Assembly: GCA_039925145.1 (NCBI GenBank)
Contig: JBDSZL010000018.1
Span: 441-64,440 of the forward strand
Source of the DNA: Vicinamibacterales bacterium
GTDB taxonomy: Bacteria; Acidobacteriota; Vicinamibacteria; Vicinamibacterales; SCN-69-37
DNA length: 64,000 nucleotides
Direction of reading: 5' to 3'
Each line of letters begins with the position of its first letter. Within the stretch, counting starts at the first letter, position 1. A model generated the notes under the pieces. That model saw only the letters and a list, made by a program, of their open reading frames with translations, did no database searches and was not told the DNA's origin. The position numbers and the translations under genes were made by a program. Below are positions 58,185-64,000 of this stretch, in pieces.

Positions 58185-58299
58185 AACAGGGAGGGTGTGC
58201 CGCCAGGGTCCCCATCGGGACCACCTACTTGTCGGCCCCGCCTAGCCATTTTCCGTTCAGTGCTGGATTAAACTTATGGGTGAACCGAGTAAATCGAAA

Positions 58300-58701
58300 T
58301 CAGCCCGGATCGGAAGGCGCAATCTCCCACGTTGGATCGATGGCTGCGAACAGGAGCGCCCGCCGACTGTTAACCTCAAGCGGACTCCCCTCAAGCCCAT
58401 GAACGTCCGTGTGGGCTCGGTTGTTGCGGTCCTCGTCGGGAGTGTGAACGACGGACAGGCCCTCGACCCCGCGCACTGCGGCAACCCCCAGTTTCACGAC
58501 ACCATAGTTGCTCGGAGGCTGCGGTCCGCATCCGCGGGTATGTCGAGCGGATGAGTATTTTCCCCAGTTGGTTGACATGCCACCCTCCCGGGACTTGAAT
58601 ACTGGAGGCTTCACAGCCCCTCCGGCCGCTTGGTGCTTGTGAACACGATAAAACAGGCAGCAAGAGTCAATGATCGGCTCTGGCTTCCACGGACGATCCA
58701 T
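58300..58701 (-). CDS. Cargo protein C, unknown function (133 aa)
   Basis: Third gene of a tight operon, 2 nt after gene B. LFYRVHK..GGMSTNWGKYSS..GVVKLGVAAVR..VVHTPDEDRNNRAHTDVHG. No family recognised. Confidence 0.55.
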   Translation of the reverse strand: MDRPWKPEPIIDSCCLFYRVHKHQAAGGAVKPPVFKSREGGMSTNWGKYSSARHTRGCGPQPPSNYGVVKLGVAAVRGVEGLSVVHTPDEDRNNRAHTDVHGLEGSPLEVNSRRALLFAAIDPTWEIAPSDPG

Positions 58702-58703
58702 CG

Positions 58704-59393
58704 TTATGAGTTGAGGGCCTGGACAGCAACAACGTACGAGTCATCATTGTCCAGGTACTCAGATTTCGTTAACTTGCCAGCCCGAACAAAGGAGAATGTC
58801 GGTGCGTGGGAAATGTCAGCGGCCGGGACGTTGATGAGAACGACAGTGGCTCCGTGGCTCCAAAAGACATCGATACTTCCTTGACCGTTCGGGGCGACCG
58901 AGGGAACGGGCAGGAACATCGAAATCAGATCGGCTGTGTCGGCGAGCTTCCGTAGAGTGGCGACAGCGTTCTGCCAAGTGGCCGCAGTTACTGCGGGGCT
59001 GCCCTCGCCATCCCAGTCGTCCGAGAGAGACTGAATCCAAGCTGATGAGCGGATTGCACGCTCTAGTTCCTTGCGCCAGGGAGAGACTGGCTCTCCGAAC
59101 CTCATGATCATCCGCTCGAGCGTCAGTTGCCTAACCGTCTCCCCGACGCTCGAAGTGTCAAGATTGACGACAGTGGGGCTACGAGTACCGAACTCGAATT
59201 GCTCCAGCAGTCGGGGCGAGATCGGCATCTCGGTGGAGTGCATCTTGCCTATTAGAGTAGAGGCGTCGTCCCACCTCAGGAGCGAGACGAGCCGCTCGAT
59301 GCCACCAGCGCCGTCTGACTCTAGTCCCAGTTCGATCTTGGGAAAGTCAGTTGGAGAAGCGCAGAGATCTACACCTTCAGTAGTCATTGCCAT
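58704..59393 (-). CDS. Cargo protein B, unknown function (229 aa)
   Basis: 10-nt overlap with gene A. C-terminal half SLSDDWDGEGSPAV...PVPSVAPNGQGSIDVFW. No family recognised. Confidence 0.55.
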   Translation of the reverse strand: MAMTTEGVDLCASPTDFPKIELGLESDGAGGIERLVSLLRWDDASTLIGKMHSTEMPISPRLLEQFEFGTRSPTVVNLDTSSVGETVRQLTLERMIMRFGEPVSPWRKELERAIRSSAWIQSLSDDWDGEGSPAVTAATWQNAVATLRKLADTADLISMFLPVPSVAPNGQGSIDVFWSHGATVVLINVPAADISHAPTFSFVRAGKLTKSEYLDNDDSYVVAVQALNS

Positions 59394-60064
59394 CCAAAGA
59401 GGTCCTTCTCGACATAACTAGAGAAATCCGTCATCAGTTCGGAGAACCTGCCGATCGCTGCTAGGCACGTCTCCGCACCGTCAACATCGATGTGATAGTT
59501 GGCCCTAACCAGAATCCCGTGACGCACCGTCGTGTGCGTCTCTCCCTCCATGCGAGTTACTTCGCGCGTCACAGTTCCCGCCGATAGCGTTGCGCGCATG
59601 TTTAGGCCGGCTCGCTGGTACCGGAACTGAAGCTCTGCGTCGGTTGGCCGCTGGCTTCCAGAGTTCCAGGCCCCTGGTTGAACAAACCTGTCTAACAGGT
59701 AGGTGGCGGCCTCGCCTTGCTCTTTGAAGGCAATGGGATTGCAACCAACACCCGTGTATTTCACTTTTGGCAGCGCCGCGACGTATGCCGCAGCGACTAC
59801 CGGCAGGACATCGACGGGCTTCGCCGAATCGATTTCCGGATCCAGACTGTCCCACTTCACGATGAGCCGTTGAGGTTCACAGCGGAAGGAAATCCCGCTG
59901 CTGAAACCGCACTTTGACAACGCTGGGGTGGAAAGGCCCTCGTCGATCACTTCCCAGTCAGCCGGCACAATGCCCTCTGCCTTCAGAAATGACGGGTGAA
60001 GAATCGACGGATTGTGGGCTGAAGCGACCACAACAACCATGGCCATAGGGATCTCGATCGACAT
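59384..60064 (-). CDS. Cargo protein A, unknown function (226 aa)
   Basis: First gene of the operon, next to attR. Beta-rich looking. No family recognised. Confidence 0.55.
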   Translation of the reverse strand: MSIEIPMAMVVVVASAHNPSILHPSFLKAEGIVPADWEVIDEGLSTPALSKCGFSSGISFRCEPQRLIVKWDSLDPEIDSAKPVDVLPVVAAAYVAALPKVKYTGVGCNPIAFKEQGEAATYLLDRFVQPGAWNSGSQRPTDAELQFRYQRAGLNMRATLSAGTVTREVTRMEGETHTTVRHGILVRANYHIDVDGAETCLAAIGRFSELMTDFSSYVEKDLFGWQ

Positions 60065-60121
60065 CTTGTTAAGGCCATTCTAGTCGCTGCGGAACCCCAC
60101 GCCGCGTATTAGGCCAGGACG

Positions 60122-60206
60122 GGTGTGCCCACGAGTGTGCCCACCGCCCACCCAAAGCCGTCATTCTCCACCCAACGGCAACCAAGTTGCGGCAGGGAGT
60201 GTGCCC
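60122..60206 (+). promoter_or_regulatory. Three (A/G)GTGTGCCC 9-mers (candidate integrase arm-type sites, P side)
   Basis: 60122-60130, 60134-60142 (12-bp phasing) and 60198-60206. They lie 128, 116 and 52 bp from the core, in the same orientation as the pair at 47624-47644. Confidence 0.45.
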
Positions 60207-60249
60207 GTAGAATCGACGTTTTCCCGCCAGTTCTGAGGCACGACAAGCC

Positions 60250-60288
60250 TTTTAAGTCCTGTGCGTCTGCCAGTTTCGCCACCCCGGC
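60250..60288 (-). other. Orphan copy of tRNA-Leu(UAA) 5' half (nt 1-39, acceptor 5' strand through the anticodon loop); attR repeat
   Basis: 39 nt identical to 47523..47561. Identity ends exactly at tRNA position +1 and at the loop. Confidence 0.85.
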
Positions 60289-60331
60289 TTAGGCGCGAAC
60301 CAGCAGTGTAGCGTGAGCGGGGGAGGTAGTT

Positions 60332-60568
60332 TCAGCTGACCGGGCCGTACCCCTTGATGACATAGGAGAGCCAGCCGGGGAAGCCGCCTTCGTTCATCTC
60401 CTTGCAGTCAGGACAGCGCCACCTGGGCTGGTGTGCATCCGGATCGATAATCCACGACCCATCGGGGTTGGTGGTCGCCGTCCAGGTCGACATCATCAGC
60501 GTGACGGGGCAGCCGCAGCTCGCGCAGCACACGTGCTGCGTGATCGGCTGGGGATCCGATCCGGGCAT
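60332..60568 (-). CDS. Small Cys-rich (zinc-ribbon-like) protein
   Basis: CCASCGC...RWRCPDCKE; high GC3. Confidence 0.45.
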   Translation of the reverse strand: MPGSDPQPITQHVCCASCGCPVTLMMSTWTATTNPDGSWIIDPDAHQPRWRCPDCKEMNEGGFPGWLSYVIKGYGPVS

Positions 60569-60892
60569 GCCCGGTTCCGAAGGCCATTCCTATGCCGCGC
60601 TGATTACCGGATGTACGGGGCAACCCCGCCGCGTGCGACGAAGGAGGCCTCCTGCAGCGCGGAGTTTCGTCGCGCCCCGGGGCGCCTTCTGAAAAGCCAG
60701 CCCTCCCGGGAGATGGCCTCGACTGACTGACAATTCAGTCAGGCCCAGCCGCTTGGTTGCTCCTGACCCAGCCGACAGCGATCCTGCGTGCTAGCATGCG
60801 CTCACGTGGGGGCGGCCGAAAATGAGCACATCGACATGGCCGGACTGCCGCAGAACAGGGCACTGACCCCACCGCCCAGTCTGGAGTTCCTG

Positions 60893-61846
60893 ATGAGACG
60901 TCACGCGATCACCTCCGTAGCCGTTGCCACCATCGTCTGCCTGCTGGGCGCAATGCACGTGAAAGGTCAGGCGCCTGCTCAGGGGGCCGCACCGGCAGCC
61001 GCTCCGCCGGTGCGCCAGCCGCCAATCATTCAAGACCCGCAGAAGCTGCTGCTATGGCCGAACGGCGCCCCTGGCGCGCTCGGCGACGCGGACTCCGACA
61101 AGCCATCGCTGACGATCTACATGCCCCCGAACACGACGGGACCGATGACCGCCGTCATCATCGCCCCCGGCGGCGGGTACGTGAATTTGTCGATGAATCT
61201 CGAAGGCCGGATGCCGGCCAACTACCTGAACAGCCTCGGCGTCGCCGCCTTCGTGCTGCAGTATCGTCTGGGACCTCGCTACCACCACCCGATCGAGCTT
61301 GGTGACATTCAACGCGCCGTCCGCATCGTGCGCAGCCGCGCCGCGGAGTGGCACCTCGCCCCAGACCGCATCGGCGTCATGGGCTTCTCGGCGGGCGGAC
61401 ATCTCGCCGCCACGGTCTCGACGCACTTCGACGCCGGTAACGCAAGCGCGTCGGATTCGATCGACAAGGCGAGCAGCCGGCCAGACTTCGCGATACTCGG
61501 CTATCCCGTGATCTCGATGACAGAGGCGTGGACACACCAGGGGTCGAAGAACGCCTTGCTTGGGCCGAACGCGGATTCCGAACTGGCGCGGAGCCTCTCG
61601 ACGGACATGTCGATCACGGCCTCCACGCCTCCCACATTTCTGTTCCACACCAACGCCGATCGGACAGTTCCGGCTGAGAACAGCGTTCAGTACTATCTCG
61701 CCCTCCGCAAAGCCGGTGTGCCGGCGGAGCTGCACATCTTCAGGAACGGCGGCCACGGCGTTGGCCTGGCAATGCAGGATCCGGCGCTCTCCGAATGGCC
61801 ACGGTTGCTGGCGGCCTGGCTCCGAGCAGGCAATTTCCTCAACTGA
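60893..61846 (+). CDS. Alpha/beta hydrolase (esterase/lipase, Aes/BD-FAE-like), secreted
   Basis: ATG 60893 behind GGAG. Signal peptide, IIAPGGGY, and nucleophile GFSAGGHLA. Confidence 0.8.
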   Translation: MRRHAITSVAVATIVCLLGAMHVKGQAPAQGAAPAAAPPVRQPPIIQDPQKLLLWPNGAPGALGDADSDKPSLTIYMPPNTTGPMTAVIIAPGGGYVNLSMNLEGRMPANYLNSLGVAAFVLQYRLGPRYHHPIELGDIQRAVRIVRSRAAEWHLAPDRIGVMGFSAGGHLAATVSTHFDAGNASASDSIDKASSRPDFAILGYPVISMTEAWTHQGSKNALLGPNADSELARSLSTDMSITASTPPTFLFHTNADRTVPAENSVQYYLALRKAGVPAELHIFRNGGHGVGLAMQDPALSEWPRLLAAWLRAGNFLN

Positions 61847-61955
61847 AGGACGACGGGACCGTCCAGCGCGGCTCCAACCAGCGGGTGTTGGCCGGCGCGG
61901 TGTGCTCAGAGGAGCGGCCGCGTTCGAAGGAACCGCCGTATAATCGCGCCCACAC

Positions 61956-62471
61956 ATGAGCACCTCCCCCGAAGTCTGGCTGCGTGGTCCGGTCTCTGAC
62001 ATCGCGCCTGTCCTTCAACCGGCAGCGCACGCCCTGTTGCAGGCACGCGAAGAGGTCGAGGCGTTGGCACCGTCTGTCTCCACTGACGATCTGTGGAAGC
62101 CGCTGGGTGCCGCCAGCGCAGGCTTCCACCTGCTTCATCTGGCGGGTGCCCTCGAACGGCTGTTCACCTACGCACGCGGCGAGTTGCTCGATGACACGCA
62201 GAAAGCGGCAGCCCGCGCAGAGTCTTCGCCGCACCCCGAGCTCGACGGCGCAGCGCTCGTGGCCATCGTGGCAGCGGCCGTCGAGCAAGCGCTGGCCCAG
62301 CTCAGAGCGACGCCAGCGTCCACGGTGTTCGACGAGCGCAAGGTCGGACGCGCGGGTCTGCCGTCGAACGTGCTGGGGCTGCTCTTTCACGGAGCCGAGC
62401 ACTGCACGCGACATGCCGGTCAGTTCATCACGACGGTCCGTTTGATTACGAGTGCGCAGAGTCGTCCATGA
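61956..62471 (+). CDS. DinB family protein
   Basis: Four-helix DinB pattern with His residues (HLLHLAG, HGAEHCTRHAGQ). Confidence 0.65.
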   Translation: MSTSPEVWLRGPVSDIAPVLQPAAHALLQAREEVEALAPSVSTDDLWKPLGAASAGFHLLHLAGALERLFTYARGELLDDTQKAAARAESSPHPELDGAALVAIVAAAVEQALAQLRATPASTVFDERKVGRAGLPSNVLGLLFHGAEHCTRHAGQFITTVRLITSAQSRP

Positions 62472-62914
62472 CGGTTCTCTGGTGGCATTGGATCGTGCTC
62501 GGCCTGCTGCTGGTCGCGGCCGAGATCGCCACGCCCGGCGGTTTCTACATCATCTTCTTCGGCGTCGCGGCGCTGGTCATCGGGCTGTCGACTGGCGCCG
62601 GGCTGATGTCGTCGCTCCCGCTCGAGGTGCTTCTCTTCTCGGCCCTGTCAATCGCTCTGCTCGTGTTGTTCCGGACAAGACTGCTGCGTTGGATGCAGAT
62701 CAGTCCGCAGGCCCCCGCCATCGACACGCTGGTTGGCGAAGTCGGCACGGCAGCCGAAACACTGCTGCCGGGCGGCGTCGGCAAAGTGGAGTTGCGAGGC
62801 ACATCGTGGTCGGCGCGTAACACGTCGGAGGCCCCGCTCGCATTCGGGTCCCGGTGCCGCGTCATGGGCGTCGATGGCCTGATGCTGTACGTCGGACCGG
62901 AGGGAGGTCGCTGA
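62468..62914 (+). CDS. NfeD family membrane protein
   Basis: WWHWIVLGLLLVAAEI...GKVELRGTSWSARN. 4-nt overlap with dinB-like gene; precedes the SPFH gene. Confidence 0.75.
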   Translation: MTVLWWHWIVLGLLLVAAEIATPGGFYIIFFGVAALVIGLSTGAGLMSSLPLEVLLFSALSIALLVLFRTRLLRWMQISPQAPAIDTLVGEVGTAAETLLPGGVGKVELRGTSWSARNTSEAPLAFGSRCRVMGVDGLMLYVGPEGGR

Positions 62915-63852
62915 TGGAAATGACCGGCACGCTCGTCGCGATGATCGTTCTAGCGCTCTTCGTGCTCATCGTCATCGCCAAGACCGCGGTGGTCGTCCCA
63001 CAGCAGAGCGCATTCGTCATCGAGCGGCTCGGGCGGTTCGCGGGGGTGCTCCAGGCCGGATTCCACATCCTGCTGCCGTTCGTCGATGTCATCCGGTACC
63101 GGCATTCACTCAAGGAAGTGGCCATCGACATCCCAGCGCAGGTCTGCATCACACGCGACAACGTCCAGGTCGGTGTCGATGGCATTCTGTATTTGAAGAT
63201 TTTGAATCCCGAGCGAGCCTCGTACGGCATCTCCGATTACGGCTTCGCAATCACGCAGCTGGCCCAGACGATGCTCCGCAGCGAAATCGGCAAGATCGAT
63301 CTCGACAAGACCTTCGAAGAGCGCATGAACATCAACATGTCCATCGTGACCGAGCTCGACAAGGCGTCGGAAGCGTGGGGCGTGAAGGTGCTGCGCTACG
63401 AGATCAAGAACATCACGCCGCCGCAGGACGTGCTCGCCGCGATGGAAAAGCAGATGCGCGCCGAGCGCGAAAAGCGCGCCGTCATTCTCACGTCCGAAGG
63501 CGCGCGCGATGCGGCGATCAACAACGCCGAAGGCGAGAAGCAACAGGCGATCAAGGCATCCGAGGGTCGGCGTCAGCAGCAGATCAACGAAGCGGAAGGG
63601 GAGGCCGAGGCGATTCTGGCCGTCGCGAGAGCCACCGCCGAGGGCATTCGCCAGGTGGCTGAGGCCATTCGTCAGCCGGGCGGCTTGGAAGCGACGCAGC
63701 TGCGGGTGGCCGAGCAGTACGTCGGAGAGTTCGGCAAGCTCGCCCAGAAGACGAACACGATGATTCTCCCCGCCAACGTCGCCGATGTCGCGGCCATGGT
63801 CTCAACGGCCATGCGCGTATATCAGGGACAGGCTCAAGCGCCGCCGAAGTAG
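62914..63852 (+). CDS. SPFH/Band 7 (stomatin/paraslipin-like) protein
   Basis: VVVPQQSAFVIERLGRF..., RDNVQVGVDGILYLKI, and a coiled-coil tail. The ATG overlaps the nfeD stop. Confidence 0.85.
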   Translation: MEMTGTLVAMIVLALFVLIVIAKTAVVVPQQSAFVIERLGRFAGVLQAGFHILLPFVDVIRYRHSLKEVAIDIPAQVCITRDNVQVGVDGILYLKILNPERASYGISDYGFAITQLAQTMLRSEIGKIDLDKTFEERMNINMSIVTELDKASEAWGVKVLRYEIKNITPPQDVLAAMEKQMRAEREKRAVILTSEGARDAAINNAEGEKQQAIKASEGRRQQQINEAEGEAEAILAVARATAEGIRQVAEAIRQPGGLEATQLRVAEQYVGEFGKLAQKTNTMILPANVADVAAMVSTAMRVYQGQAQAPPK

Positions 63853-64000
63853 GCACGGACGCGTTCGAGCCATCCGCCGGCCTGCATCACATAGAGCGCC
63901 CCGACGAGCGTCGCCCCAATAACTGCGAGCCCGGCGCCCGTGAGCACTCGGAACCGGCCTCTCCCCACGACCAGCGCAATCGTCAATTTCACACAGGTGT

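Larger units (their letters stand above)
47530..60249. mobile_element. 12.7 kb integrative, phage-satellite-like element inserted in the anticodon loop of tRNA-Leu(UAA)
   Basis: Bounded by a 39-nt exact direct repeat (47523..47561 = 60250..60288) whose inner edge is the 7-nt loop TTTTAAG. Integrase sits at one end. Cro/CI-like switch, replication ATPase, TerS/TerL, and 9-mer arm-type repeats near both ends. Confidence 0.8.

Noticed and set aside
60722-60744. Hairpin CTGACTG-ACAATT-CAGTCAG in the 60569..60892 intergenic region
   Set aside because: The stem is short with no U-tract, and no adjacent gene end requires a terminator there.
63834-63992. 52-aa minus-strand ORF (GTG start) MKLTIALVVGRGRFRVLTGAGLAVIGATLVGALYVMQAGGWLERVRAYFGGA, overlapping the SPFH gene end by 19 nt
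   Set aside because: It is short, has no recognisable family, and sits at the window edge where it may continue upstream. The only evidence is high GC3 and a hydrophobic stretch.

Overview
High-GC bacterial chromosome segment (about two-thirds G+C by eye), probably Acidobacteriota; this is inferred from a VWFA-related Acidobacterial-domain protein and many secreted envelope or glycan enzymes. I can support about 75 coding regions. Many long ORFs in the six-frame track are antisense or out-of-frame artefacts of the GC bias, and I did not call them.

Positions 1-45.8 kb and 60.3-64 kb look like ordinary chromosome. They include NIPSNAP, FG-GAP, esterases, the circularly permuted ATP-grasp/alpha-E/transglutaminase operon, a dihaem cytochrome c, CotH, Zn-ADH, MOSC, an SGNH esterase, an NCS2 permease, DUF1080, DUF4399 and HAD-IIA. 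Also present are a kinase-like lipoprotein coupled to DUF4956 and a PLD protein, a C39-peptidase::Omp85 fusion with a PA2779-like partner, YihY, a DUF255 thioredoxin-like protein, TauE flanked by three copies of a palindromic 55-60 bp repeat next to a 5'-truncated EamA gene, two convergent paralogous GT-C-like membrane proteins, ThuA, and DinB-NfeD-SPFH.

The accessory region is 45.9-60.3 kb. An intact tRNA-Leu(UAA) gene (47473-47561, minus strand) has foreign DNA on both sides. To its left is a 1.5 kb island remnant carrying MntA/HepT and an antitoxin plus a frameshifted MazF-like toxin, bounded by an exact 46-nt copy of the tRNA 3' part. To its right is a 12.7 kb integrase-bearing element bounded by an exact 39-nt copy of the tRNA 5' half. 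Both copies break at the anticodon loop.

The 12.7 kb element has an integrase, a Cro/CI-like switch, a RecA-like replication ATPase and small and large terminase subunits. I could recognise no portal, capsid or tail genes, so it looks phage-satellite-like. It carries three cargo blocks of unknown function. The most notable is a lower-GC, tightly packed three-gene operon next to attR with no domains I can recognise. No rRNA genes or CRISPR arrays were seen.
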